This document shows positions 1 to 10,046 of a stretch of DNA of 64,000 nucleotides, one piece after another. The translations under genes and the position numbers were made by a program. The stretch's first letter is position 1, and the number at the start of each line of letters is the position of its first letter. Source of the DNA: Rhodospirillaceae bacterium (GTDB lineage: Bacteria; Pseudomonadota; Alphaproteobacteria; GCA-2731375); NCBI GenBank assembly GCA_018701215.1, contig JABIWH010000012.1:3164-67163 (forward strand), in the 5' to 3' direction. Under the pieces are notes generated by a model. The model was given only the letters and a program-made list of their open reading frames with translations. It was not told the origin of the DNA and ran no database searches.

Positions 1-1
1 G

Positions 2-64
2 GACAGACAGGAAGCGATCAGCGCTTTTGTCGAAAAACGGGCGCCGAATTATACCGGCGAATAG
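2..64 (+). CDS. enoyl-CoA hydratase/isomerase family protein, C-terminal fragment (5' end outside window)
   Basis: Frame-2 translation ...EAISAFVEKRAPNYTGE* matches the conserved crotonase C-terminus. It ends 27 nt upstream of the next CDS. Confidence 0.5.
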   Translation, partial: DRQEAISAFVEKRAPNYTGE

Positions 65-90
65 CCAGCAACCGAGTAGGGATCAGGACC

Positions 91-1260
91 ATGTATTTCG
101 CGGATGAACCCGAACACATCACCATGCTGCGCGATACACTGCGCCGCTTTACCGAACAGGAATGCCCCCGCGAGAAACGCCTGCAATGGCTGGCGGCCCA
201 CGCCTGGCCCCGTGACGTCTTCGCCAAACTAGCGGAATTGGGTGTCTGTGGCCTGACCGTGGAAGAAGATTACGGCGGCCAGGGCCAGGACTGGTACGCC
301 GCCACGGCCGTGATTGAGGAATTGGGCCGGGGCGGGGTATGTCTGGCGGGGCCTTATATCCAATGCGCCTTTTATGGCGGCGGCAATATCTCGGAAAGCG
401 GCTCGGCGGCGCAAAAGGCCGAATTGCTGCCCAAGATCGCCAAGGGCGAGCTGCAATTCGCCTATGGTCTGTCGGAGCCCGATACAGGCGGTGATCTGGC
501 CAACGTACAGACCAAGGCGCATCTGGAAGACGGCGGCGATACGGTGGTCATCAACGGCGTCAAACGCTGGTGTACGGGCGCTGATTGGGCCGACTACATC
601 ATTTGCTTCGTCAATTCCGACCCGGAGGGCGAGAAATATCAAAATCTCTCGATGATCCTGGTACCCACCGATGCTGCCGGTATCACGCGCCAACAATTGA
701 CCCATCGCAATCTGGTCTATACCCACAGCTTCGATGTCTACTTCGATAATGTGCGCCTGCCCAGCGATAGCATCCTGGGCGGCCCGGAGGCCTGGAACAA
801 AGGCTGGCGGGCGCTGGCCGGCCGGTCGTTGGATGTGGAAAAAGTCGAGGTCGCGGCCATGACCTTCGGCCTGGCCCAATCGGCGGTGGAGGAGGCCTGG
901 GAATACGCCCAGCAACGCAAACAGTTCGGTACCGTGATCAGCGGCCATCAGGCGGTGCGCCACGAACTTGTCGAGGCGAAAACCAAGCTGGAAGCCTGCC
1001 GGCACATGCTCTATCACGCCGCCTGGCTGGTCGGTGAGGGCCGCCCGGCGTCGGTGGAAACCAGCATGGCGAAGTTGTTCATCGCCGATGTGGGTGTGGA
1101 GATCGGCCTGGCCTGTCAGCGGGTCCTGGGCGCCTATGGCATGGGGGAGGAGTTCGACATGATGCAGACGGTCACCGATCTGATCGGCATGCCCATCGTC
1201 GGCGGCTCCTCCAACATGCAAAAGAACAACATCGCCAACCGGCTCGGGCTAGCGGGATAA
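91..1260 (+). CDS. acyl-CoA dehydrogenase family protein
   Basis: 389-aa ORF with ACAD N-, middle and C-terminal signatures (YGLSEPDTGGD, RWCTGADWADY, C-terminal helical domain). The antisense ORF 229..1221 is an artefact. Confidence 0.9.
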   Translation: MYFADEPEHITMLRDTLRRFTEQECPREKRLQWLAAHAWPRDVFAKLAELGVCGLTVEEDYGGQGQDWYAATAVIEELGRGGVCLAGPYIQCAFYGGGNISESGSAAQKAELLPKIAKGELQFAYGLSEPDTGGDLANVQTKAHLEDGGDTVVINGVKRWCTGADWADYIICFVNSDPEGEKYQNLSMILVPTDAAGITRQQLTHRNLVYTHSFDVYFDNVRLPSDSILGGPEAWNKGWRALAGRSLDVEKVEVAAMTFGLAQSAVEEAWEYAQQRKQFGTVISGHQAVRHELVEAKTKLEACRHMLYHAAWLVGEGRPASVETSMAKLFIADVGVEIGLACQRVLGAYGMGEEFDMMQTVTDLIGMPIVGGSSNMQKNNIANRLGLAG

Positions 1261-1263
1261 GAG

Positions 1264-1950
1264 CTATTCGCCTGCCTTGTTGATCAGCACCACGTCGTTG
1301 CCGGCGATGGTCAGGGTCGCCGCTGGTCCCATGCCTGACCAATGCGCGGCCAGCCAATGGAAGCTGGCTTCGGAGAAATAGCTGATATGGGTCGGGTCGG
1401 TGATGTAGTGCCAGGTCTTGAACGCGCCTTGGTCACGCACCCGCTTGGTCATGATGCTCAGCCAACCGCCCGGCGCCAGGCGGTCCCATAACTGGTCCAG
1501 CTCCCGCCCCGGTTCGGCCAAATGTTCCGCCACCTCGCTCAAGGTGATGAAATCGTAGGCCCCGGACAGCACGGTTTCATTAGGCGCGTAATACGGATCG
1601 TAAAGGGCCATTTCGTGACCGGCCTCGATAAACATCCGCGATAAAGTTGGCCCCGGCCCGCAGCCAAAATCCAGGCCCTTGGCTGCGGCGGGCAGGCGTT
1701 GGTTGAGCGGTGTAAAAAGTCGATCGAGAAAGCGCCGGTAGCCGGGGTCGTCCGGTTGGTTCTCGTGCAAGTCGTAGTAGGCCTTCTCCTCCCCTGCCGA
1801 GAGATGCTGGCCGCGCGGCACGAACACCAAATCGCAGGTATGGCAGTGCAGATAATTCCGCGTCTTGTCAGCATGGTAGGCCGCGATGCCGGTGCCGTGG
1901 CAGAGCGGGCAGACGTTATCCCCGCTGTTCGGAATGCACATTCGGGGCAT
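1264..1950 (-). CDS. class I SAM-dependent methyltransferase with N-terminal Cys4 zinc ribbon
   Basis: Paired CxxC motifs (CPLCHG...CHTC) followed by the SAM motif I LDFGCGPG. Confidence 0.75.
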   Translation of the reverse strand: MPRMCIPNSGDNVCPLCHGTGIAAYHADKTRNYLHCHTCDLVFVPRGQHLSAGEEKAYYDLHENQPDDPGYRRFLDRLFTPLNQRLPAAAKGLDFGCGPGPTLSRMFIEAGHEMALYDPYYAPNETVLSGAYDFITLSEVAEHLAEPGRELDQLWDRLAPGGWLSIMTKRVRDQGAFKTWHYITDPTHISYFSEASFHWLAAHWSGMGPAATLTIAGNDVVLINKAGE

Positions 1951-3517
1951 CGGCTGCGAAAGCTTCCAGCAGGAACCGCTCCTGGGGTTTTTCCGAAGCC
2001 GTCTTGGGGATTTCCGTCAGCACTTGCAGATAGCTTGGCACGAAGTTGGCTTCCAGCGCGCGGCGGCAAATCGCAAATACTGACTGCGGCTGCAAACTGG
2101 CGCCATCCACCGCAACCACGGCGGCGACAACATCCTTTTCGCCGGGCGCGCCGGATGCCGCGGGCACGCCGTAGACGAAGACATCGCCAATATCCGGGTG
2201 TTCGGCAATAGCTTGTTCGACAAAGCCGGGATTAATGAAATCGCCGTTATGGCGCAGACCGCCGCCCTTGCGGTAATCGAAAAACAGCCAGCCGTCGGCA
2301 TCGCCATGACCGATATCGCCGCTGCGCAGCCAGCCGCCCTCGGTCTTCTTGGTCGAGGCCTCTGTATTCTTGAAATATTCCACCGCCGGTGCCGGGCCTT
2401 TTATGGGCCGCGAGATAATCTCGCCCATGACCCCAGGTGGACATTCCACGCCATCGTCGTCGACAATTTTCATCTCCAGCCCCTTGGGTGCCTTACCGAA
2501 GCTGCCGATGGGGCCAACGCCGATGGGCTTGTAGGCCAGGCCGCCCTCGATGGCGCCATAGAATTCAAAAATATCGACGTTGAAGCGCTGTTCGAACTTC
2601 TCCCAGATGGTCGCCGGCATACCCGCCGAGATCACGAAGCGCACGGGATTATCGCCGTCATTCGCCTGCTCCGGCTCGGCATAGACCGCCGCCGTCATGC
2701 CGCCCAACAGATTGAACACGGTGGCGCCATACTGCCGCGTGATATCCCAAAGCCGTGATTTGGTGAAGCGGCGGGAGATGATGCAACGCATGCCCATGGC
2801 CAGGCTGCTGCCCAGGGTCAGCATCTGGGCGTTGCCATGGGTCAGGGACAGGCCCGTATAGGGCCGATCGCCGGCCTCGAACGGAAAGATCGTACCCAGA
2901 CCGCCATAGCGGCCATTGCGGAAGACCACGCCCTTGGGATCACCCGTGGTGCCGGAGGTATAGAGGATCTGCAAGGGATCGGACGGTCCCGACAGTCGGC
3001 TGTCCACCACCCTGTCCGGGCGCGCATAAACGGCCGCCATGTCTTCGGCGCCAGCAACCTGGGCGACGGTCGTATCGGCCAAACCGTCCTCGCTGCCCAT
3101 CACCAATATCCATTGCAGATTTGGTAGCTGTTCGCGGATCTCCACCACCTGATCAAGGCAGTAATCGGCGCAGATCACGCCCTTGCACTCAGAGTTATTC
3201 AGGGTATAGGCCAGTTTGGCGCCACGTCCACGCGGGTCGATGGGCACGAAGACGCAGGCCGAAATCGATGCCCCGACCATGACATCGACGAATTCCGGAT
3301 GATTGCGCATCATCAGGGCAAAGCGGTCGCCGGGCGCCATGCCACGGGCGATCAGTTCAGCCGCAACTTTGTTGCCGTTGCCCCACAGATCGGCATAGGT
3401 GCGGATTTCGTCCTCGAACCTGCCGCCGCCCTCGAACGTGACCACGTCCAGGTCCGGCTGTTCCTCGGCCTTGACGGCAATCAGATCGGCAAGGATCCGG
3501 GTATCACGCTCGACCAA
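1916..3517 (-). CDS. AMP-dependent acyl-CoA synthetase/ligase
   Basis: 533 aa with the AMP-binding motif YTSGTTGDPKG and ANL-superfamily architecture. The 3' end overlaps the start of the downstream methyltransferase by ~35 nt. Confidence 0.9.
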   Translation of the reverse strand: MVERDTRILADLIAVKAEEQPDLDVVTFEGGGRFEDEIRTYADLWGNGNKVAAELIARGMAPGDRFALMMRNHPEFVDVMVGASISACVFVPIDPRGRGAKLAYTLNNSECKGVICADYCLDQVVEIREQLPNLQWILVMGSEDGLADTTVAQVAGAEDMAAVYARPDRVVDSRLSGPSDPLQILYTSGTTGDPKGVVFRNGRYGGLGTIFPFEAGDRPYTGLSLTHGNAQMLTLGSSLAMGMRCIISRRFTKSRLWDITRQYGATVFNLLGGMTAAVYAEPEQANDGDNPVRFVISAGMPATIWEKFEQRFNVDIFEFYGAIEGGLAYKPIGVGPIGSFGKAPKGLEMKIVDDDGVECPPGVMGEIISRPIKGPAPAVEYFKNTEASTKKTEGGWLRSGDIGHGDADGWLFFDYRKGGGLRHNGDFINPGFVEQAIAEHPDIGDVFVYGVPAASGAPGEKDVVAAVVAVDGASLQPQSVFAICRRALEANFVPSYLQVLTEIPKTASEKPQERFLLEAFAADAPNVHSEQRG

Positions 3518-3527
3518 ATTTACGCTC

Positions 3528-4760
3528 CTACTTACTCAATAATGTCAGACACATGGCTGCGGCATCGCTGCCGATGCTGCCGCCGCCATTGTGGGCCAGG
3601 GCAACCTTGGCGCCCTCGACCTGACGTTTGCCAGATCGGCCCTGTAGCTGCTCGGTTAACTCAACAATCTGCGCGATGCCCGTGGCGCCCACCGGATGGC
3701 CCTTGCGCAGCAGACCGCCGGAGGTATTGACCGGCAGCCGTCCGCCCAGCCTGGTGGAACCATCGCGGATCAGCTCGGACCCCTGGCCCTTACCGCACAG
3801 GCCGATGCTTTCGTAGGTGGTAATCTCCGCCGGCGCCGAGGCGTCATGCAGTTCGATGACGCTCAGGTCCTCCGCGCCCAGGCCGGCCTCCTCATAGACT
3901 TCACGGGCGCAAACCTGGGCCACGGTTTCTTCGCCCTTGGCACGGTCCCAGCCCGAGCGCAGTACGGAGGAGCGCACACGCACCGGATTCTGAATGCCCA
4001 ATTCCCTGGCCTTGCGTTCACTGACCATGACCACCGCCGCCGCGCCATCGCCGATGGGGGAGCACATGGGCCGGGTCAGCGGTTCGGCGATCATTGGCGC
4101 GGCCAGCACTTCCTCCACCGTCATCACGTCCATGAACTGGGCCCGTGGGTTCATGCTGCCATGGAAGGAATTCTTGGCCGAAACGCCGGCTAGATCTTCT
4201 GCCGTGGCGCCGTATTTTTCCATATAGGCGCGGGCGGAGGCGGCATAGATATCCATGAACATGGAACGTTTTTCGCCCGCGCCCGAGGCTGCCTTGTCCG
4301 CGCCCTTGGCCGCCGCTTGCGCGGCCAGCTTGGCCTTGATCTCCACCAAGGCTTCCACATCGACGGCGCCCGAAAAAGCGGCGAAGCTTTTCCGCTTATC
4401 CTCGTGGTACAGCTTTTCCACGCCCAGGGCCAAAACCACGTCATAACAGCCCGACGAGACCATGGCCGAGGCCTGGTTGAAGGCGGTGGAGGCCGAGGCG
4501 CAGGCGTTTTCCACGTTGATCACCGGGATGCGTCCGATGCCCGCATCACGAAGCACCACCTGGCCACGGATGCATTCCTGACCGGTTACCAATCCGGCGG
4601 CGGCGTTGCCCACATAAGCGGCCTCCAGGTCGGATTTATCCAGGCCCGCATCAAGCAGGGCGGCGGTCACGGCCTCCGCGCCAATGGATTTCATGCCCCG
4701 GTCCATATGCTTGCCGAACTTGGTCATGCCGACACCGGCGACGATGGCGTTCATACGCAT
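3528..4760 (-). CDS. thiolase-like protein (SCP-x / lipid-transfer-protein type acetyl-CoA C-acyltransferase)
   Basis: 410 aa with thiolase N- and C-terminal domains (VAGVGMTKFGK, NVENACASAS, C-terminal NTSGGLLRKGHPVGATG). Confidence 0.85.
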   Translation of the reverse strand: MRMNAIVAGVGMTKFGKHMDRGMKSIGAEAVTAALLDAGLDKSDLEAAYVGNAAAGLVTGQECIRGQVVLRDAGIGRIPVINVENACASASTAFNQASAMVSSGCYDVVLALGVEKLYHEDKRKSFAAFSGAVDVEALVEIKAKLAAQAAAKGADKAASGAGEKRSMFMDIYAASARAYMEKYGATAEDLAGVSAKNSFHGSMNPRAQFMDVMTVEEVLAAPMIAEPLTRPMCSPIGDGAAAVVMVSERKARELGIQNPVRVRSSVLRSGWDRAKGEETVAQVCAREVYEEAGLGAEDLSVIELHDASAPAEITTYESIGLCGKGQGSELIRDGSTRLGGRLPVNTSGGLLRKGHPVGATGIAQIVELTEQLQGRSGKRQVEGAKVALAHNGGGSIGSDAAAMCLTLLSK

Positions 4761-4786
4761 GGCGTTTTCCCTTCTCCAATTTAGTA

Positions 4787-5581
4787 CTAAAGCAGCCCTG
4801 CACCCTTCAGGCCGAGCGCATTTTTCAAGAACTCCAGCTCGTCTTCACGTTCGGGCAAGGGGGCCGGACGGGTAAACATACCGTCCTCTTTCAGTCCCGA
4901 CACCACATTTTCATCACGCGGGAAGGGTGTTTGAAAGCTATTCATATGAAATAGTTCCTCGAACGGCTGGCGCGGACGTTGACCGCCCGCCTCCCAATGC
5001 TCCAAAGGATAGCCCACGGTCTGCAGCAGCAGGAACCGCGCACTTTCGGGCACATTGCAGGCATTCAGAATTTCGCGGCCCTTGGGGCTGCCCAAACAGC
5101 AGGTGCCCAGGCCCTGTTCAAAAGCCATCAAGGTCGCTTGCGCGATACCTTGACCACAGTCCAGCTCGCTAATACCGGGATCCTTGAGCGGCCCTCTGAA
5201 TTTATCGAAGAACGGGATCAGTTTGTTTTCCAAGGCGTCATGGCGGGCCGCCTTGTCGCCATAGCCCAAGGCACCGGCCTCAACCAAACCACGCAGGCGG
5301 TCGGATTGTTCATCGACGGCGTCCGGCTGCAGATACCAGACGATAATCACCGGGGCGACCTTAAGCTGCCAGCCCACGACAGCGGCAAACAGGCTGTCGA
5401 TGACATGTTGCGGCGCACTTTCGCGAAAGATCGCCACCGCGCGCAGGCTTTGCACATTACCCCAGTGCGAGGCGATACGGGCGGCTTCCAACATGCGCTG
5501 GATCTTTTCCGGCTCCACCGGCTTGTAAGGTTTCAAGAACCTGATCGAACGCCGCCGGCCAATCGCTTCACGTAGTTCCAT
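4787..5581 (-). CDS. nitroreductase family protein
   Basis: The N-terminal RRSIRFLKP motif and overall 264-aa length are typical of the NADH/flavin nitroreductase fold. Confidence 0.75.
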   Translation of the reverse strand: MELREAIGRRRSIRFLKPYKPVEPEKIQRMLEAARIASHWGNVQSLRAVAIFRESAPQHVIDSLFAAVVGWQLKVAPVIIVWYLQPDAVDEQSDRLRGLVEAGALGYGDKAARHDALENKLIPFFDKFRGPLKDPGISELDCGQGIAQATLMAFEQGLGTCCLGSPKGREILNACNVPESARFLLLQTVGYPLEHWEAGGQRPRQPFEELFHMNSFQTPFPRDENVVSGLKEDGMFTRPAPLPEREDELEFLKNALGLKGAGLL

Positions 5582-5611
5582 GTCGATATCTCCTGGTACC
5601 TATAACCGCAC

Positions 5612-6811
5612 TTAAAATCTTTCCGCCGCCATCAAGCCAAGCAGGTCATTGCTGCCGTCCTCGATCATGCCGATGCGGGCATCGCGCAGCATACGCTCCA
5701 CGGGATGGTCGCGGATGATGCCGGCGCCGCCGAAAATGGTCATGGCCTCGCTCGCCACATCAAAGGCGGTCTGGGTCGAGGTCACCTTGGTGGCAATGGC
5801 ATATTCCAGCCGGGCATCGGCGGTAGTGAAATTCTGCATGCAGACCTGCCAGTTCAGGGCCCGCGCCGCCAGCACCTTGCGAAACATCTCGAACAGGCGG
5901 CCCTTGACGTTTTGATGCTGGATAATCGGCACGCCGCCCTGTTTACGCTCCTTGGCATAGGCCAGCGCTTCATCGAACGCCGCCTGGGCCAAGCCGGAAA
6001 AGCTGATGCCCATGGAGGAATTGGCCCGCGTCAGGATCATCGTGGTGAAATCAGTGTAACGTTCGGGCGGGGCCACCATGTTGGCGGTCGGAATGCGCAC
6101 ATCGTCGAAAAAAATCTCGCCCTGGTTCAAGCTGCGCTGACCGATCTTGTCCGTCGGTTTGCCCCTGGTGACGCCTTTGTCTTTCAGGTCGACCAGAAAG
6201 ACGCCGTGTTTTACCTCTTCGCCGCCGTCATCATAGGTGCAGAACAAGGCGGCGGTCTCGGCGATGGTGCCGTTCGAGACCCAGGCGGATTTTTGCCCGT
6301 TGATGACAATGGAATTGCCGTCCGGGCGGGCGATGCAGTTGGCCCGGCCGCGATCATGTCCCGTGGCCGAAGCGGCGGCATTTACATCCAGCTCATCGCT
6401 GCCATGGTCGGGTTCGGTTATGGCCCAACAGCCGATCTGGTCATAGTTGAACTGTTCCATCAATTCCGGATTATGGGATGCGTTGGCAACCATGGCCGGA
6501 AAGGTGGAGCCGCCCAGGCCAAGGGCCAGCCCGGTATCGCCCCGGCCCAACTCGTAGCCGACCAGGCAGACCAGCCTGGCCTTTTGCGTCCGCGACATAT
6601 CCTCGCCCATGCGCATGCCGGCAAAGCCCAGATCACGGAATTGCCTGTGCGCATCGTAGAGAGGCGAGCCGTCCTCAATGACCTCGTCCGCCGGCAGCTT
6701 GTCCAGCGCCGCGCCCATAGGCCGCAGCACATCCGTGGCGAAGCGGCGCGCGGTTTCCTGCACCGCTCGTTCGGTCTCGTCCAAATCGAGCGGTAGCGCG
6801 AAATCTATCAT
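5612..6811 (-). CDS. acyl-CoA dehydrogenase family protein
   Basis: ACAD domains are present. The ORF-track N-terminal extension to 6976 is rejected; the start is placed at the ATG at 6811 (MIDFALPLD...), which has a GAGGAAGG RBS 7 nt upstream. Confidence 0.85.
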   Translation of the reverse strand: MIDFALPLDLDETERAVQETARRFATDVLRPMGAALDKLPADEVIEDGSPLYDAHRQFRDLGFAGMRMGEDMSRTQKARLVCLVGYELGRGDTGLALGLGGSTFPAMVANASHNPELMEQFNYDQIGCWAITEPDHGSDELDVNAAASATGHDRGRANCIARPDGNSIVINGQKSAWVSNGTIAETAALFCTYDDGGEEVKHGVFLVDLKDKGVTRGKPTDKIGQRSLNQGEIFFDDVRIPTANMVAPPERYTDFTTMILTRANSSMGISFSGLAQAAFDEALAYAKERKQGGVPIIQHQNVKGRLFEMFRKVLAARALNWQVCMQNFTTADARLEYAIATKVTSTQTAFDVASEAMTIFGGAGIIRDHPVERMLRDARIGMIEDGSNDLLGLMAAERF

Positions 6812-6959
6812 GGTTGCCTTCCTCTGTGGGCTGACGGGTCCAGTTTGATGGTAGCGCCGCAAATCGCCTAGGTGATTGACCTCAATCAAGGCAGCTTGTG
6901 CGGGCCGGAAATGCGCCCTAATTTGAGCGCCCGTCGCAACCCATTCGAGGAACCCTCCC

Positions 6960-7988
6960 ATGTCCAACACCAGCAATGACCGCTACCGCATCGTTGGCGC
7001 CCTTGGCTCCCCCTATTCCATGAAACTGCGGGCGATTATGCGCTATCGCCAGCTGCCTCACGATTGGGTCCTGCGTACGACGGCAAACCGGGCCGAGACA
7101 GCGAATGTAAAACCGAACCTGGTGCCCATGCTGCGCTATCCCGGCGAAAGTGATTATCGGGTGGATTCCACCCCCCTGGCCTATGATCTGGAGGCGCGCC
7201 ATCCCGGCCAGCGCTCGATCATTCCCGACGACCCCGGCCATGCCTTTCTCTCCCATCTGCTGGAGGATATGGCCGATGAATGGCTGACCAAGGCGATGTT
7301 CCATTACCGCTGGTACTATGACGCCGATATCTACTATGCCTCGCACTGGATCGCCGATGACGGTTATCCCGAAACACGCGGCGCCGAGCGCGATACCGCC
7401 GCCAAGATGTTCGCTGACCGGCAAATTGGCCGCATGCCCATCGTCGGCTGCACGCCAGAGAACAAGCCGGTAATCGAGGATACCTTCCACCGCGTCCTGG
7501 CCCTGCTGGAAAGCCGGGTCAGCGTCTATGATTTCCTCTTTGGCACACGGCCTAGCCTGGGCGACTTTGGCATCTTTGGCCAACTGAAACCATTATCAAC
7601 GGACCCAACCCCCATGGCGATCATGCGGGCGGAAGCCATGAAAACCGAAAGCTGGGTGCGGCAACTGGACGATGCCTCGGGCATCGATGGCGAATGGCTG
7701 GACCCGGGCGATGACCTGCCGGCGGCGACCATGGGTCTGCTGGCATTGGCCGGGGAATATTATATGCCGTTCCTCCTTGCCAACGCCGACGCCGTCGAAG
7801 CGGGCGAAGACACATTCTCGCTGAATTACGCCAAGGGCCCCTACAGCCAAGGCACCTTTCGTTATCAGCTGAAATGTCTGAGCGAGCTGCGCTACCGCCT
7901 CTCCACCTTAAGCGGCGAGCCGGCGGAGCGGACCCGCGCCGTTTTGCAGCAGACCGGCTGTCTGGATGCGCTCAATTCGCAACGCTAA
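6960..7988 (+). CDS. glutathione S-transferase family protein
   Basis: N-terminal thioredoxin-like GST domain (RIVGALGSPYSMKLRAIMRYRQLP) plus a C-terminal helical domain, 342 aa. Confidence 0.7.
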   Translation: MSNTSNDRYRIVGALGSPYSMKLRAIMRYRQLPHDWVLRTTANRAETANVKPNLVPMLRYPGESDYRVDSTPLAYDLEARHPGQRSIIPDDPGHAFLSHLLEDMADEWLTKAMFHYRWYYDADIYYASHWIADDGYPETRGAERDTAAKMFADRQIGRMPIVGCTPENKPVIEDTFHRVLALLESRVSVYDFLFGTRPSLGDFGIFGQLKPLSTDPTPMAIMRAEAMKTESWVRQLDDASGIDGEWLDPGDDLPAATMGLLALAGEYYMPFLLANADAVEAGEDTFSLNYAKGPYSQGTFRYQLKCLSELRYRLSTLSGEPAERTRAVLQQTGCLDALNSQR

Positions 7989-8833
7989 TCGCGCAATGCC
8001 CGCGCTTGGATGCGGGCGGAATACATCGAAAGCAACCGATGGTCCGCATCCCAGGCGGGCAACGCCGTATAATCGACGGCTTTGGCGAAAGCCGCGATGG
8101 CGTCCTGCAGGGCGCGGTCCAGCGCGGCCAATGTCTTTGGCACGATTTCCGCACTTTCACAGACCGTGGCCAAGGCCAGGACCAAGGCAATCAGCGCCTG
8201 CTCCAATGCTTTGTCGGCGCCCTTTAGTTGCGCCAGTAAGTAGCCGGCACCGGCGAGCATGACGAAGCGCGGCTCGCGCCGGCCGAACTGCCGCATCTGG
8301 TCAATGCCATAAACATTACCAGGCGCCACCTCCGCCGCCTCGAAGCGGGCAAAACCCTGGCTCATGGCGGCGAGAAAACCCGGCGCATCTCTATGGCTGA
8401 GATGAACGCCCGAAATCTGAGTGGGGATCAGGATGCATTGCCCGGTCTCATTTAACGTCACCAGCAAATGATCCAGATGCCGTGATTGCGCCACCCAGGA
8501 CTTGCAGCCATCCAAGGCGAACCCCGCGCCACTGGCCGTAAGCCGTGTGCCGGGATAGGCGGCGGGGTCGGTTTTGTCCTCGGTCGCGGCATAGGCGGCC
8601 CAGCCCTGGCTTGGCACGTCCCCAAAGACATACCGGATTGCCGCCTGATAGCCGGCGATGAAAACCCACGGCAAGCAATCCGCGCTCATGCCGCCCTGTA
8701 GTGCTTGAAGAACCGGCGGCAGTGTATCCAAGCCTTGGCCATGCCAGGCTTTGTACCAGGCAGCCTCGTCCGGTGCCGATATGATTGGCACCTCGCCATT
8801 CAGGAAACGTTCGATCAAGCCGGCGGCCGGCAT
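7985..8833 (-). CDS. hypothetical protein
   Basis: 282-aa ORF filling the gap between the GST gene and the monooxygenase. It is co-directional with the downstream operon. I recognise no motif. Confidence 0.45.
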   Translation of the reverse strand: MPAAGLIERFLNGEVPIISAPDEAAWYKAWHGQGLDTLPPVLQALQGGMSADCLPWVFIAGYQAAIRYVFGDVPSQGWAAYAATEDKTDPAAYPGTRLTASGAGFALDGCKSWVAQSRHLDHLLVTLNETGQCILIPTQISGVHLSHRDAPGFLAAMSQGFARFEAAEVAPGNVYGIDQMRQFGRREPRFVMLAGAGYLLAQLKGADKALEQALIALVLALATVCESAEIVPKTLAALDRALQDAIAAFAKAVDYTALPAWDADHRLLSMYSARIQARALRD

Positions 8834-8845
8834 GGCGTCCTCCTC

Positions 8846-10042
8846 TTAATCCGTAATCCGCTCGGCGGCGCGCAGGGAGGCAATCATCGAGGTGCGCAGC
8901 AGATAGTCGTGGGTCTTTTTCGGATCATCGGAAACCTCGGCCAGAAAATCGCGAAACGTCCGCTGTGCCGCGGGCGTATTGGCTTCGAGGTTCTGCTTGT
9001 TGCGGATAGTCTGGCTGTTGACATAGTCCAGAGCAATAGGCCGGCGCTGCTTCTCGTAAAGGTCCAGCAAACCGTCATCCCCTTCGCCATGCCAGACCTT
9101 GGCCATTTTTCCGGCCAGATTGAAGGCATCATGAATCCCGCCGTTCATGCCCATGCCCCCCAAAGGATTATTGATATGGGCGGCATCGCCGGCAATGAAG
9201 ACGCCGCCCTCGCGGTAGCGCTCCGCCACCCGCTGATGCACCCGGTACAGGGTGGTGTGGGTCCGCTCGTAGGTGTCCGCCATCGAATGGGCCCATTGCA
9301 TGCGGGCCTCGATCCGCTCGGGGTCAAAGATTTCAGCCTCGGTTTCTTCCGGCCTGGTTGGGAACATGGCCCGCCACAGGCCCGGCACCTTGAGCAGGAA
9401 GAACCACTGCTCCGGATCGGCAAAGTAATTCACCAGGGTCAGGTCTGGCATTGCCTCTTCGAACGGATAAGGTGTCGAGACCACCAGAAAGCGTTCGTCC
9501 CAGGTGAAACCCTCGAACGGAATATCCAAGGTTTGGCGCACGACGCTGTTCGCACCCTCGGCACCAATCAGCCAGCGGCCCGTGAAGACCTCCTCGCCAT
9601 CCGGCGTTTTGACCAATGCCGTTACGCCATTTTCGGTCTGACGCAGGCCCGTGATGGCATGGCCAAATCGGATGTCCGCGCCGCCCTGAGCCTCGATCCA
9701 ATCATGCAGCAGGAAGTTCAGCTTGAACTGTTCGCACTGCACCCGGAACGGATGCTCTGTATCATCGGCAAGAACGGAGAAGTCAAACTCCGCCAGGCAA
9801 CCATTGGCGCGGTCGCGGAATTGAAACTTCGGCGCCACCAGGCCTTGCTCGATCAGGCTTTGCGTGGCGCCATAGGGCGCCAGCATATCCAGGGTCGGCG
9901 GATGAAAAGTCGATGCGCGCAGATTTTCGGGCAAGGCGTCCTCGGCCTCGAATACGGTCACGGGAATGCCGGCCTGGGTCAGATAGGCCGCAGCGCTTAG
10001 CCCCACCGGGCCGGCGCCGGCAATCAATATACGATTGGTCAT
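8846..10042 (-). CDS. FAD-dependent monooxygenase (UbiH/PheA-type aromatic hydroxylase family)
   Basis: GxGxxG dinucleotide fold (RILIAGAGPVGLSAAAYL) and the DG/GD motifs (GAEGANSVVR; FIAGDAAHINNPLGGMGMNGGIHDAFNL). The start is set at MTNRIL..., 4 nt after the SDR stop. Confidence 0.85.
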   Translation of the reverse strand: MTNRILIAGAGPVGLSAAAYLTQAGIPVTVFEAEDALPENLRASTFHPPTLDMLAPYGATQSLIEQGLVAPKFQFRDRANGCLAEFDFSVLADDTEHPFRVQCEQFKLNFLLHDWIEAQGGADIRFGHAITGLRQTENGVTALVKTPDGEEVFTGRWLIGAEGANSVVRQTLDIPFEGFTWDERFLVVSTPYPFEEAMPDLTLVNYFADPEQWFFLLKVPGLWRAMFPTRPEETEAEIFDPERIEARMQWAHSMADTYERTHTTLYRVHQRVAERYREGGVFIAGDAAHINNPLGGMGMNGGIHDAFNLAGKMAKVWHGEGDDGLLDLYEKQRRPIALDYVNSQTIRNKQNLEANTPAAQRTFRDFLAEVSDDPKKTHDYLLRTSMIASLRAAERITD

Positions 10043-10046
10043 TTGA

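Noticed and set aside
229-1221. 330-aa ORF antisense to the first acyl-CoA dehydrogenase. Similar long antisense or alternate-frame ORFs include 5705..6796, 8705..10000, 11093..12775, 16439..17056, 17216..18139, 19200..20090, 23067..23711, 31628..32161, 44175..44702, 45633..46595, 55559..56257, 57215..58024, 57921..59243 and 60508..61461.
   Set aside because: All lie opposite or out of frame to genes with clear family signatures. They are Arg/Ala/Gly/Pro-rich with no motifs. This is the expected stop-codon-poor artefact of ~65% GC DNA.
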